Notes: generated by a model from the sequence alone, not told the origin. Positions 1 through 9,976 are shown, numbered from the stretch's first letter. The stretch is 64,000 bases of DNA from Methanothrix sp. (GCA_963682135.1 OY821645.1:960001-1024000), one strand, 5' to 3'. Program-made: numbers and translations.

Positions 1-418
1 TTTGGTGGCGCTGATCGGCTTTGTGCTCGGCCACAAGGTCCATGGTGGTCTTGCTCGCGGCCTTCACACGATCTGCGAACCTTTGCGCATTCACATCGGC
101 TGCATCGAGAATAGCCCGGTCGGCATGCAGCTTTGCCACCACGGTTGAGAAGCTCCTCACCATGATCTCATTCATGGTCATAACAAGTCGAAGCTCATCG
201 ATGACCGGGGCCTTCACCTCCAGGATATATTGGTCGGCTGCGATTGCAGTTATCTTCCTGGCCAGCATCTCTCTTTTCGCAGGCGAGAGGAGCTTGGAGT
301 CCTTTACCCCCAGGCCCGCCAGATCGAAGAGCTTCTCCTCTTCGATCACCAAACCGGCTACGAACATGGAGCCGATCACAGGGCCTTTTCCAGCTTCGTC
401 TGCGCCTAGGAGCAACAC
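1..418 (-). CDS. rnhB: Ribonuclease HII (5' part; runs off window start)
   Basis: Manual minus-strand translation from GTG at 418: VLLLGADEAGKGPVIGSMFVAG...GVKDSKLLSP...ILDAADV...EHKAD, the RNase HII DEAG-GP, DSK and KAD motifs. Not in the ORF track because it is truncated. Confidence 0.93.
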   Translation of the reverse strand, partial: MLLLGADEAGKGPVIGSMFVAGLVIEEEKLFDLAGLGVKDSKLLSPAKREMLARKITAIAADQYILEVKAPVIDELRLVMTMNEIMVRSFSTVVAKLHADRAILDAADVNAQRFADRVKAASKTTMDLVAEHKADQRHQ

Positions 419-658
419 AAGAATAGCACTAGCACTTTCAGATACATTAAGTAAACGACTCCTTGCGACCTGCCCCAAGAATACCCCGAAAACCCGAGCG
501 CTAGGCTTTAGCCAACGGCGCGCCAAGAATTATTGCGCATTCGCCAAGATCATGGCGTAAGGTGATGATTTTTAGCATGGGATGAACCTATTATGGGAAT
601 GTATATGCATAGTCCTTTCTTTTCGCCTCACCAGAACAGTGCCATTTTGTACGCAAGC

Positions 659-667
659 TTTATAAGC
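659..667 (+). promoter_or_regulatory. Archaeal TATA box upstream of tRNA-Met
   Basis: TTTATAAGC about 35 nt upstream of the tRNA 5' end. Confidence 0.55.
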
Positions 668-699
668 TAAGGTAAAGTCATTGAGTATATCCCAAATGC

Positions 700-774
700 A
701 GCGGGGTAGGGTAGTCAGGATATCCCGACGGGCTCATAACCCGTAGATCAGTAGTTCAAATCTACTCCCCGCTA
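700..774 (+). tRNA. tRNA-Met(CAT), initiator type
   Basis: Acceptor stem AGCGGGG/CCCCGCT (A1-U72), anticodon arm ACGGG-CT-CAT-AA-CCCGT with three G-C pairs, T arm GTAG-TTCAAAT-CTAC; CCA not encoded. Confidence 0.96.
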
Positions 775-1147
775 TAATTCTAACATAGGATGATAACGTC
801 ACATTTCTTTTCCTTAAGCTTAACTTTCCTACCATATATTTGCATGAAATGCCGCATTTATTCGCTTCCGGGCCGCATGCTTATCAGGTGGAATCCTTCA
901 ATCTTTTTGCCACTTTTCCTTCCACCGGGACGACTCTCATCTTCCCTGCTACAACATTCTTTTCATTTCCATATTTGTATCTTATTCATACTTTATATTG
1001 TGTAAAAATGGTTGATGAATATCTTTTTCCTGCAAAGATTCTTAAACTTACACGTAGTGTTATCTTTTCATGACCGCAGTCTTTGATCTACTAAGGCCGC
1101 ATAAAATAGCGATTTTGCATGGCACTCTTAGGAAAGACGCAAGAGCT

Positions 1148-1300
1148 ATGGAGCTGCAGACGGCCAAGGAGATTTTGGCTGAGGTCTTTGGTATCCGTAT
1201 CTCTGAAGTGGACGAGATGATCGCAAATCGATTTTCAGGTTGCCATGAATGCCAGAGAGAAAAAGGGTTGTGGCCCAGGGAGTTTCAACTAGTGAAGTGA
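1148..1300 (+). CDS. Small hypothetical protein
   Basis: ORF MELQTAKEILAEVFGIRISEVDEMI... with coding-like composition upstream of proC; start uncertain (1070 or 1148). Confidence 0.5.
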   Translation: MELQTAKEILAEVFGIRISEVDEMIANRFSGCHECQREKGLWPREFQLVK

Positions 1301-1389
1301 GGTTCGCCTGAAGTCGCATGCCCGCAGGATCTTTGAAGGTGGACATTAGATCAGAGTGTGACAGTTCACAGCTTGCGGAGAAGAACAAA

Positions 1390-2193
1390 ATGACTACTTT
1401 TGGATTCATAGGCACCGGCCATATGGGGTGCATGCTGATTAAGAAGTTCGTGGAGACCGGGGCCATTGAGGCAGCGGCGGTCCTGGCGAGCAACCGGACA
1501 CAAGAAAAGGTAGAGCGTCTGGCAGAGGCTACCGGAATCCGCCCTGTGAGCAATCGTGTTGTGGCGGAGCTTTCCGATGTGATCTTTATCTGTGTTCGGC
1601 CCCTGGATGTCAGGGACGTGCTCAGCGATGTTGCCTACCTGCTCAATTCCGGCAAGCTCGTCATCTCAGTGGCCGGGGATGTGTCGCTGGAAATATTACA
1701 GAGCCTGTGCCCGGCCCGCATGGCCCGCGCCTTTCCCAGCATGGCCTCTGAAAAGTTGCAGGGCGTGACTCTGCTCGCTTTCGGGGATAATAGTACCGCG
1801 GAAGACCGGTGGCTTATTGCCAGTCTCTTTCATGCCATCGGGCACGCGGTGCCGGCTGAGGAGAATGACTTCGCTGTGCTGGCCGATCTGACCAGTTGCG
1901 CCCCGGGCTATTTCGCGGCCCTCATGCGTGAGTTCGTGTTGGCTGCAAAAAGAAAAGAGATCCCATCGGAGCTGGCTGAGCGCCTGGTCAAGCAGACCTT
2001 GCTTGGCACGGCCATGCTTTTGGAGGAAGAGAGCTTTGCCGGGCTGATCAAGAGCGTGGCCACCATCGGAGGAATCACGGAGGCAGGTGTAAAGGTCATC
2101 CAGCGCGAGGCGCCAGGCATGTTCGACCAGCTTTTCCAGGCTACGGAGGCCCGGCACAAGCAGGTGAAGAAGAAGATAGACGGGCAAGGATAA
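1390..2193 (+). CDS. proC: Pyrroline-5-carboxylate reductase family (ProC/ComER-like)
   Basis: FGFIGTGHMG Rossmann motif, DVIFICVRP, LTSCAPGY, VATIGGITEAG dimerisation-domain motif; ATG at 1390 preferred over 1318. Confidence 0.85.
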   Translation: MTTFGFIGTGHMGCMLIKKFVETGAIEAAAVLASNRTQEKVERLAEATGIRPVSNRVVAELSDVIFICVRPLDVRDVLSDVAYLLNSGKLVISVAGDVSLEILQSLCPARMARAFPSMASEKLQGVTLLAFGDNSTAEDRWLIASLFHAIGHAVPAEENDFAVLADLTSCAPGYFAALMREFVLAAKRKEIPSELAERLVKQTLLGTAMLLEEESFAGLIKSVATIGGITEAGVKVIQREAPGMFDQLFQATEARHKQVKKKIDGQG

Positions 2194-2259
2194 CGACAAT
2201 AGTACTATTATGAGTATATAATATTTTGGTTTCTTTTTTAATGTGGGGCTGAATCCATT

Positions 2260-2301
2260 CGAAATGTTTAAATATTGAGCATATCACTAACTATAGGTTA
2301 G
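2260..2301 (+). promoter_or_regulatory. cdc48 promoter (BRE/TATA) with CTAAC-N5-GTTAG palindrome (HSR1-type heat-shock operator)
   Basis: CGAAA at 2260, TTTAAATA at 2267-2274, CTAAC-TATAG-GTTAG at 2287-2301. Confidence 0.7.
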
Positions 2302-2412
2302 TATCATTATGTAGACTAAGTTAAACTGGCAATCGTGAGGCATTAAATCAATCTCAGAGGAACTGACTAAAAAATTACTTAAGCTTTACATGTACATATA
2401 TCTTGGAGGATT

Positions 2413-4572
2413 TTGATGACCGGAGAAATCACACTTAAAGTCATAGAAGCGCGTCCCACAGATGTCGGACGTGGCATTGCTCGTATAGATCCTGCTGTAT
2501 TTAGCGAGATGGGCTGGCAGGCTGGAGACGTTGTCAGCATTCAAGGAAAGAAGAAGACTGCGGCACTGCTCTGGCCCGGTTATCCTGAGGACATGGGAAC
2601 AGGCATCGTGCGCCTGGACGGAAATACCCGCCGAAATGCTGGAGCAAGCATAGATGACAAGGTTCCTGTAAAAATAGCCCAGGCGGCAGCAGCAGAGTCT
2701 GTGACCTTTGCCCCAACTGTGCCTTTGCGCATTACCGGGGCTGAGGCCTACCTGCAGAGATACATGGAAGGGCGGGTCATCACCAGGGGTGACATTATTG
2801 AGATCCCGGTCATGGGCAGAAAGATTGAGCTTATGGCTACGCGCGTCTCTCCATCCAAAGAAGCGGCAGTGATCAGCGACAAGACCCGAATCGAGATGTC
2901 GGATAAGCCTGCTAAGGAAGAGAAAAAGGGGCCCCACATCAGCTACGAGGATATCGGCGGCCTGTCTGCTGAGATCAAGAAGGTGCGGGAGATGATTGAG
3001 CTGCCCATGAAGCACCCGGAGCTCTTTGAGAGGCTGGGAGTAGAAGCGCCCAAAGGGGTATTGCTCTACGGCCCGCCGGGTACCGGCAAGACATTGCTGG
3101 CCAAAGCTCTGGCCTCCGAGACCAATGCTCATTTCGAGACTTTGAGCGGTCCGGAGATCATGTCCAAGTACTACGGCGAGTCAGAGGAGAAGCTGCGCAG
3201 TCTCTTCAAGACGGCTGAGGATCAGGCGCCTTCGATAATCCTCATCGATGAGATTGACTCCATTGCCCCCAAGAGAGAAGAGGTTACGGGCGAGGTGGAG
3301 CGGCGTGTGGTAGCTCAGATGCTGGCCCTCATGGACGGCATGGAGTCGCGCGGCAAAGTGGTGGTTATCGGTGCGACCAATAGGCCTGATTCCCTGGACC
3401 CGGCACTGCGCCGCCCTGGCCGCTTTGATCGGGAGATCGAAATCGGGGTTCCCAACCGTCAATCCCGTCTGGAGGTCTTGCAGATTCACACCCGCAGCAT
3501 GCCTCTCTCTAAAGATGTGAACCAGGAGAAGCTGGCCGATGTGACGCACGGCTTCGTGGGCGCTGATCTTGCGGCACTGGCACGCGAGGCCGGCATGCGC
3601 GCCATCCGGCGGGTCTTGCCGGAAATCGACCTGGAGGTTGAATCCATACCTGCCGATATCCTGAACAAGATCGAGGTGGTCAACGATGACTTCCTGGAAG
3701 CTTTGCGCGAGATGGAGCCTTCTGCCATGCGTGAGGTCATGGTGGAGTCTCCAAATGTGCACTGGGATGATATAGGGGGTCTCGCCGATGTCAAGCAGCA
3801 GCTCATCGAATCTGTGGAGTGGCCGCTCGCCTACGCCAAGCTCTTCGCCCACATGGATGCCAAGGCTCCCAAGGGTGTACTGCTCTACGGTCCGCCAGGT
3901 ACCGGTAAGACCATGCTGGCCAAGGCAGTAGCCACCGAGAGCCAGGCCAACTTCATCAGTATCAAGGGCCCGGAGTTTCTCAGCAAGTGGGTGGGAGAGT
4001 CTGAGAAGGCCGTGCGTGAGACCTTCCGCAAGGCTCGTCAGGCGGCGCCTTCCGTGATATTCCTGGATGAGATCGATTCCATTGCCCCGGCCCGAGGCGG
4101 ATCGACCAGCGATTCGCATGTCACAGAGCGCGTCATATCGCAGATCTTAACCGAGCTGGACGGCCTGGAATCGCTCAACAGCGTCATGGTAATTGCCGCC
4201 ACTAACCGGCCGGATATCATCGATTCGGCGCTCCTCCGACCGGGACGCTTTGACCGGCTCATCGAGATAGGTCTGCCGAATGAGGAGGCCCGTCGGGAGA
4301 TCCTGAAGATCCACACCGCCAAAAAGCCCCTGGCCGATGATGTCAAGATTGATGATCTGGCTAAGAGAACAGAGGAGTTCTCCGGAGCCGACCTGGGTGC
4401 ATTGGTTGGCGAGGCGGTAATGCTCGCCATTCGGGAGTGCGTCCTGGGCGGAAAGGCGAAGGTTGAGGCGCAGGTCTGCGAGTACAAACTGGAGAACAAA
4501 CACTTTGAAGAGGCTTTGAAGACAGTCAAGCCCACTGCCTCTGAGTCGGATATCTACAAGAGATTTGCCTGA
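2413..4572 (+). CDS. cdc48: CDC48/VCP family AAA+ ATPase
   Basis: N-domain [10 protein letters not shown]; two Walker A motifs GPPGTGKT; Walker B DEIDS; [10 protein letters not shown] / [10 protein letters not shown]; SD GGAGG. Confidence 0.97.
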   Translation: MMTGEITLKVIEARPTDVGRGIARIDPAVFSEMGWQAGDVVSIQGKKKTAALLWPGYPEDMGTGIVRLDGNTRRNAGASIDDKVPVKIAQAAAAESVTFAPTVPLRITGAEAYLQRYMEGRVITRGDIIEIPVMGRKIELMATRVSPSKEAAVISDKTRIEMSDKPAKEEKKGPHISYEDIGGLSAEIKKVREMIELPMKHPELFERLGVEAPKGVLLYGPPGTGKTLLAKALASETNAHFETLSGPEIMSKYYGESEEKLRSLFKTAEDQAPSIILIDEIDSIAPKREEVTGEVERRVVAQMLALMDGMESRGKVVVIGATNRPDSLDPALRRPGRFDREIEIGVPNRQSRLEVLQIHTRSMPLSKDVNQEKLADVTHGFVGADLAALAREAGMRAIRRVLPEIDLEVESIPADILNKIEVVNDDFLEALREMEPSAMREVMVESPNVHWDDIGGLADVKQQLIESVEWPLAYAKLFAHMDAKAPKGVLLYGPPGTGKTMLAKAVATESQANFISIKGPEFLSKWVGESEKAVRETFRKARQAAPSVIFLDEIDSIAPARGGSTSDSHVTERVISQILTELDGLESLNSVMVIAATNRPDIIDSALLRPGRFDRLIEIGLPNEEARREILKIHTAKKPLADDVKIDDLAKRTEEFSGADLGALVGEAVMLAIRECVLGGKAKVEAQVCEYKLENKHFEEALKTVKPTASESDIYKRFA

Positions 4573-4599
4573 AGCTAAGGTTAAGTCCAGGGCAATAGC

Positions 4600-4639
4600 G
4601 GACCCTGAAGGCCGGACATTTCCGGCCTTCCTAGGTCCC
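4600..4639. terminator. Hairpin between convergent cdc48 and mazF
   Basis: GAAGGCCGGA-CATT-TCCGGCCTTC perfect 10-bp stem (4607-4630) with outer GGACC/GGTCC. Confidence 0.55.
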
Positions 4640-4641
4640 AT

Positions 4642-5061
4642 TCAAACTCTGATATGCGTTGTAAGTTTGGTGTTGATTTCGGTTCTCAATACATCGTCGA
4701 TTGAGCCAAACCAGCCAAGAACCTTCTCAAATGGTACCGTAGCCAGAACACCCAATCTTATAACAGATGGATCTTTTAGGCCGGTCTTTCCAAACGAAGG
4801 ATGATTTCGCATAACCAAAACATCCGTCGAATCGGGGATAAGAGGAATTTTTGATGATATATACGCTACGACCATCTGCTTTGGTTTTGTGTAAATAATA
4901 AGCGCTGGCCTTTGTTTACTAAAAACTTTTCTACCGATCATCTTATCGTAGAATGGCCTTACATGCGGAAAATCGACATCGATTACATCTCCTGATCGGA
5001 GATCTTCTTGAGAACCAACTATCCGAGGAACTGCTGAAGATTGGCTCGGATTACCACTCAT
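4642..5061 (-). CDS. PemK/MazF family toxin (endoribonuclease)
   Basis: GDVIDVDFP...KQRPALII...VVAYISSKIP...TGLKDPSVIRL...LATV...G-ID, the typical PemK pattern. Confidence 0.85.
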   Translation of the reverse strand: MSGNPSQSSAVPRIVGSQEDLRSGDVIDVDFPHVRPFYDKMIGRKVFSKQRPALIIYTKPKQMVVAYISSKIPLIPDSTDVLVMRNHPSFGKTGLKDPSVIRLGVLATVPFEKVLGWFGSIDDVLRTEINTKLTTHIRV

Positions 5062-5429
5062 CTAAATCGTACCTTGACATCATCTATTGTGTAGATGTCG
5101 GGCTCATCGTCGAGAAGATCTGAGATAACATCGTTGGATAAAGCCATGAAAGTTTCTTGATCATCTAACTCTTCCGCATCGAGCCTAGATTGATCCATCG
5201 CCATAACCTCTCTCTTAATGGTATTTAGGTCTATTGAACCCGCGAACATCTGATTATGGTAATTAGCTGCATTTATGAAATGTCCGACTGCTACGCCCGC
5301 TGCATATGCCGCATTTGCTATAAATGGCGGAATAGGAGTATTGAAGGAGGCCACGTTCTGCCGATCTATATATCCCAGTTTGAAATGCTTTTCATCAAAG
5401 ATTCGTGTTGATGAAACCCTATATGTCAT
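5058..5429 (-). CDS. Putative antitoxin with N-terminal extension
   Basis: ATGA overlap with the toxin gene; acidic C-terminus (LSNDVISDLLDDEPDIYTIDDVKVRFR); GGAGG SD before ATG at 5429. Confidence 0.6.
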   Translation of the reverse strand: MTYRVSSTRIFDEKHFKLGYIDRQNVASFNTPIPPFIANAAYAAGVAVGHFINAANYHNQMFAGSIDLNTIKREVMAMDQSRLDAEELDDQETFMALSNDVISDLLDDEPDIYTIDDVKVRFR

Positions 5430-5775
5430 CAAGTAGCTCCTCCACCTTAGCATTTATTTCCTGTTTGACCGGATCGGACTCGCCATTCTTTATTTTGCCA
5501 AATGCATTTTCATATGATTTGATGTTTTGCAGCAGCCAAGTGATCAGGCTCTTTGCTTGCATCGGAGCGAGTTTGAGGGAAATCTCTTCGGTGTGCTCGA
5601 TCACATCTCTGTGATTAACCACTTTTTCGAATGCGCTGGCTTTTGTGGTAACAACGCTCATTTCAAGGAATCCTGGTTTTACGCCGCCAAAAATGTAATC
5701 TGGCGTGACCTCCCTGTAATACGGGGATCTAAGGCCCCTTTGCTCAGGTTCGGTGCTCTCCGCGCCCTCTGCCAT
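5419..5775 (-). CDS. DUF3467-like small protein
   Basis: PDYIFGG...LKLAPMQAKSLITWLLQNIKSYENAFGKI resembles the DUF3467 C-terminal helix; overlaps the next gene; probably leaderless (TATA-like sequence about 25 nt upstream). Confidence 0.6.
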   Translation of the reverse strand: MAEGAESTEPEQRGLRSPYYREVTPDYIFGGVKPGFLEMSVVTTKASAFEKVVNHRDVIEHTEEISLKLAPMQAKSLITWLLQNIKSYENAFGKIKNGESDPVKQEINAKVEELLDDI

Positions 5776-6158
5776 AAAAAGTAAAATGCTGGGAAGAATC
5801 TAAATACTTTTCGCCCATTTGGGCTTTGCATCTAAATGGTGTGAACCCATCCAAGTAGACAATGAGTTAAGCAACATCAACTCATGGTGGGAAATATATG
5901 AAAGGACGAGGCCCTTTTTCTTTAATTTTTATGATCTGCACATTCTTCGTAGGGGCAAAAAGGAGTTGTAGCCCTCAATTTAATCATTCCCCGATATGGC
6001 TCATTACTGGCCTTCCTTGCCATAATCCTCTCCCTAATACATTCCCTCCGGAGAGGATTATATAGGATCTATTATCAATTTAGGACATCAAGAAACATTT
6101 GGGACTACATATTTCCGGTCTTCTTCCGATAGATACAAATTAGCGGGCCGCTCTTGCA

Positions 6159-7598
6159 GTGCCTAACATGCCGAGAGATTCAGAGAACTGGCGCGGCTAT
6201 GAGTGGACAGCGCTCTCCGTCACCACCGTGGGAGCGCTCTTAGCATCCATTCAGGGCTCGGCCCTGCTTATTGCTTTGCCTGATATCATGACTCAGCTTC
6301 ATGCAGGATTCATGACCATCATGTGGGTGATCCTGGGCTTTATGCTCATCACCACTGCACTTGTGCCGGTGGTGGGAAGGCTGGCAGACATGTTCGGCAG
6401 AAAGAACCTCTACAACGCCGGTTTTGCCGTCTTCACTTTGGGCTCACTTCTCTGCGGCTTCTCTTCGCCCCAATTTCTTGGCTGGGACCTGGTCTTGTAT
6501 CGCATGATTCAGGGAGTAGGCGGAGCGTTGCTCTTTACGAATAGCGCGGCCATTGTGACTGACGCCTTTCGCAAAGGGCGAGTGGGTCTGGGTCTTGGAA
6601 TAAACACCATCGCCTTTTCCGCCGGCTTCCTTATGGGACCGGTCATTGGCGGCATCCTCACAGCCATCGACTGGAGATTGGTCTTCCTGATCAATGTGCC
6701 ACTGGGGGCAGCCGGCACAATCTGGGGCATTCTGAGGCTGCGTGAGCCGGTGGTGCTGCCCACCCGGCAGAGCTTCGACTGGCCGGGAAGCATCACATTC
6801 ACAGTTGGAATAGCAGCCTTGCTACTGGCCTGCTCGCTGGTAGCCTTCCCACTTATCGATACAGCCTATGTCTACGTCCTCTTCGTCCTGGCCGTGTTGA
6901 GCCTGGCAGCCTTCTACCTGATAGAGAGGAAGACAGAGCAGCCCATGATGGACTTTCGGCTCTTTACAGAGAAGCTCTTCGCCTACGCCTGCGCCTCCAA
7001 TGCCATTAACGGCCTCGCCCGTGGTGCAGTGCTCTTTGTCTTGATATTTTTCTTGCAGGGGCCCTACGGTCTCGATCCCCTCTGGGCTGGAATCATGATG
7101 GCACCTTTCGGGGCCGCCTTTATGTTTGTGGGACCTGTCTCAGGCTACCTGTCGGACAGATACGGGTCAAGGGGCCTTGCCACCGCCGGGCTGCTTATTT
7201 CCGGTATAGGTCTTCTTGGTCTGGCCACGGTTGTGAGCAGCACGCCCTACTGGCAGCTGGCTCTTTACCAGGCTCTGATGGGCGGGGGCTCGGGTCTCTT
7301 TGCCTCGCCCAATACCAATGCAGTCATGTCCTCCGTTGCTGCGGAAAAGAGGGGCACTGCCGCAGGGATCAATTATATGCTAATGAGCACCGGGCAGATG
7401 CTCAGCATCGCCATTGTCTTCCCGCTGGTGCTCAGCCGCATTCCTGAAGAGATCATGTTCCATATCTTCCTCTACGGTGGAGGCATGAGCGGTGGGCCTC
7501 TGGCAGCCTTTGAGTCAGGCATGCACCAGGCATTCCTGGCCAGCTTCGCTGTTACACTGGTTGCGGCAGTCATTTCCGCTCTGCGGCCCGGCAAATGA
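6159..7598 (+). CDS. MFS transporter, DHA2/EmrB-like
   Basis: Motif A GRLADMFGRK, second repeat GYLSDRYGSR, WRLVFLINVPLG; about 14 hydrophobic segments. Confidence 0.92.
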   Translation: MPNMPRDSENWRGYEWTALSVTTVGALLASIQGSALLIALPDIMTQLHAGFMTIMWVILGFMLITTALVPVVGRLADMFGRKNLYNAGFAVFTLGSLLCGFSSPQFLGWDLVLYRMIQGVGGALLFTNSAAIVTDAFRKGRVGLGLGINTIAFSAGFLMGPVIGGILTAIDWRLVFLINVPLGAAGTIWGILRLREPVVLPTRQSFDWPGSITFTVGIAALLLACSLVAFPLIDTAYVYVLFVLAVLSLAAFYLIERKTEQPMMDFRLFTEKLFAYACASNAINGLARGAVLFVLIFFLQGPYGLDPLWAGIMMAPFGAAFMFVGPVSGYLSDRYGSRGLATAGLLISGIGLLGLATVVSSTPYWQLALYQALMGGGSGLFASPNTNAVMSSVAAEKRGTAAGINYMLMSTGQMLSIAIVFPLVLSRIPEEIMFHIFLYGGGMSGGPLAAFESGMHQAFLASFAVTLVAAVISALRPGK

Positions 7599-7872
7599 GT
7601 CTTGCCGGGGGTGGGATCGGGGGCATTCTCAGGCACTCTGGATCTACTGGAGAAAGACGGTGAACGTGGATCAGTCGTTTCACGAGGCATGATGTTCAGC
7701 AATGAACCAGGATGTTTGGGTTTCGTGGGTCCATGTAACGGCGTTAAGCCTCCTTGTGGAACAGGTCGAATCGAGTAGAGGGAAAACTATGAAGCTCTGC
7801 GGGTTCGTCACTCTCAGACTAAATCTATATCAACTGAAAAGAACACATGAATATTGATCTTAGATTGCCGGG

Positions 7873-9091
7873 GTCAACTACCCACGACTGAAGTCGTGGG
7901 CTTGCGGCTCCGCAAAAAGTCGGGCCACGATGGGTATATTGACTGATGCCCGTGCAGCTATATTACGAGCTGCAACTATGTCAGCTGGATCAGAGAAACC
8001 ACAACAGACACAGCAAAAATCATCCCTAGTAGGACGGTTGGATCGAGAGATATGATGGCAGATCGGACATTCTTGGGAAGTATAGGCAGGATCAATATAC
8101 GCAACTGGCACACCAGCAATGGCTGCCTTGTAGCCAATAAACTGCCTAAGCTGATCAAAACTCCAAGAGCTATGTCTATGTCTCTGAACCTTGGTTTGGA
8201 CCGTTGTCCTCTCTCGGATGCCTTTGAGATCTTCAAGGGCGATCAAAGAAGAGGTGTCTATGGCTTTCTTGACAAGCTTCTTGGAAATGCAATGATTGGT
8301 GTCTCTCTTGAACCTAGCCTCATGACCAGAAAGTTTCTTAAGATGTTTTTTGGCACTATCCGTACCACAACTCTGAAGATCCGCTTTGAGATTATCAAGT
8401 TTGGCTCTGGTCTTGTCGATCTTTTTGCAAGAGAAAGTTTCTCCAGTAGAATCTACGACGATGTTCTTAATTCCGAGATCGACACCAAGAACATTCGTTG
8501 GAACGATGAGGGCCGGTTCAGGAACCTCAACGACGACACAAAGATAGAACTCATTGTTTCTGAAAATCAAATCAGCCTGTCCCCTGATTCGATCCAATCT
8601 TGGAGCATGATAATCACAAATCTTAACGGGAGCCTTGATTCTACCATGAACAGTCAACAACGAAACCGTGTCAAGCCCTTTCCAAGAGAGAATTCTTTGG
8701 TCGTAGACGACGGCTCCATTTGGTGCAAATGTTGGTTTGATAGACTTATCTCGTTTATAGGCTTCACATGCTTTAGAAATGGCTCTAACTGCCATTTGGG
8801 AGGATATACCAAACTTCTCACGAATATCATGATAAACAATGGGCTGCAACTTGATTTTATTGGCTGTATGCATTTGAAAAGCAATTTCAGCCACATAGTT
8901 GCAAGCAGCATTGAACTGATGCATAGTCTCATGCAGAGCCTTCGCTTGCTCAGGTTCAACTACAACTTTTACTTTGAGAGTTTGCATCATGATAGTATAG
9001 ACATATATGATCTATGGCATAAATACTTAACGTCCGGGAGTGTCCAATTCCTCCCACGACTAAAGTCGTGGGCCTCCTCGGACGAACGGTC
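7873..9091 (-). mobile_element. Non-autonomous IS200/IS605 (IS1341-type) element carrying tnpB only
   Basis: Related subterminal hairpins CCCACGAC-TGAA-GTCGTGGG (7881-7900) and CCCACGAC-TAAA-GTCGTGGG (9053-9072); right end ...GTAGTTGAC; TCAC just outside the left end; no TIR/TSD and no tnpA. Confidence 0.88.
7878..8990 (-). CDS. tnpB: RNA-guided endonuclease TnpB
   Basis: RuvC I VLGVDLG, RuvC II IALEDL, zinc finger CPIC...CVCC, RuvC III ADIVAARNI; catalytic D/E/D intact. Confidence 0.95.
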   Translation of the reverse strand: MMQTLKVKVVVEPEQAKALHETMHQFNAACNYVAEIAFQMHTANKIKLQPIVYHDIREKFGISSQMAVRAISKACEAYKRDKSIKPTFAPNGAVVYDQRILSWKGLDTVSLLTVHGRIKAPVKICDYHAPRLDRIRGQADLIFRNNEFYLCVVVEVPEPALIVPTNVLGVDLGIKNIVVDSTGETFSCKKIDKTRAKLDNLKADLQSCGTDSAKKHLKKLSGHEARFKRDTNHCISKKLVKKAIDTSSLIALEDLKGIRERTTVQTKVQRHRHSSWSFDQLRQFIGYKAAIAGVPVAYIDPAYTSQECPICHHISRSNRPTRDDFCCVCCGFSDPADIVAARNIAARASVNIPIVARLFAEPQAHDFSRG

Positions 9092-9100
9092 GTGACAAAT

Positions 9101-9976
9101 ATGCAAAAATCAAAAATCTTCAGACAACTTCTGGAAAAACCTGGTCTCGTCCTCAGACCATGTGGCTATGACGCTCTATCTGCCATTTTGATCGAAAAAG
9201 CAGGGTTTAAACTGATGGGAACATCGGGATATGCCATTTCCGCTTCGGCAATCGGACAGCCGGACCTGGGGCTGATCAGCTTTGGAGAATTGCTGGAGCG
9301 CGCCAGAAATATTATCAATAGCGTATCAATACCTGTTGATGTTGACGCAGACACTGGCTACGGAAATGCTCTGAATGCTTATTGGACTGCCAAGAATTTC
9401 ATCTGGATCGATGCTGGTGGCATCAGAATCGAGGACCAGACCTGGCCCAAACGCTGCGGCCACATGAGTGGAAAAACCATTATCTCTAAGGATGATATGG
9501 TCTCTAAGATTGCTGCCCTGATCAGAGCGAGAGATGAAGAAGGCTCGGATCTGGTTATTGGAGCCAGGACGGATGCCAGAGCGATAGAAGGATTCGACAA
9601 AACCATCGAACGTGCCGTTGCTTATGCCCAAGCTGGGGCGGATTATATCTATGTGGAATGCCCGCAATCATTGCCGGAAGTAGAACATCTCGTCAAGACG
9701 ATTGAAATACCATTGGCATTTAACCTTATTCCTGGCGGCAAGACGCCCAAGTTCTCCATATCCGAGCTGGAAAGCATCGGTGTGAAGTATCTTTCTATTC
9801 CCATGATCTGCCTCTATCCGGCCGTTAAAGCCATGCAAGATGCTTTGCAGGCACTTAAAAGAAGCGATCTGGAACACGTTGATGAATTGGGCATAAATTG
9901 GTCCGAATTTAATGAGCTGATTGGAGTGAAAAAGTGGCGGCAGTTGGAGAAGGAATTCGGTTCAGGAAATCCCTAG
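9101..9976 (+). CDS. Isocitrate lyase/PEP mutase family enzyme (methylisocitrate lyase-like)
   Basis: YDALSA, DADTGYG, IEDQTWPKRCGH, ARTDA, AGADYIYVE; real start is the ATG at 9101 (the ORF extension lies inside the IS end). Confidence 0.9.
   Translation: MQKSKIFRQLLEKPGLVLRPCGYDALSAILIEKAGFKLMGTSGYAISASAIGQPDLGLISFGELLERARNIINSVSIPVDVDADTGYGNALNAYWTAKNFIWIDAGGIRIEDQTWPKRCGHMSGKTIISKDDMVSKIAALIRARDEEGSDLVIGARTDARAIEGFDKTIERAVAYAQAGADYIYVECPQSLPEVEHLVKTIEIPLAFNLIPGGKTPKFSISELESIGVKYLSIPMICLYPAVKAMQDALQALKRSDLEHVDELGINWSEFNELIGVKKWRQLEKEFGSGNP

Noticed and set aside
21-560. 179-aa plus-strand ORF
   Set aside because: Antisense shadow of rnhB, which has clear motifs on the minus strand.
775-1070. 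AT-rich region after tRNA-Met as a possible integration site
   Set aside because: No duplicated tRNA 3' end and no integrase seen in the window.
8052-9095. 347-aa ORF antisense to tnpB
   Set aside because: Shadow ORF with no HUH/Y1 motif, so it is not TnpA.
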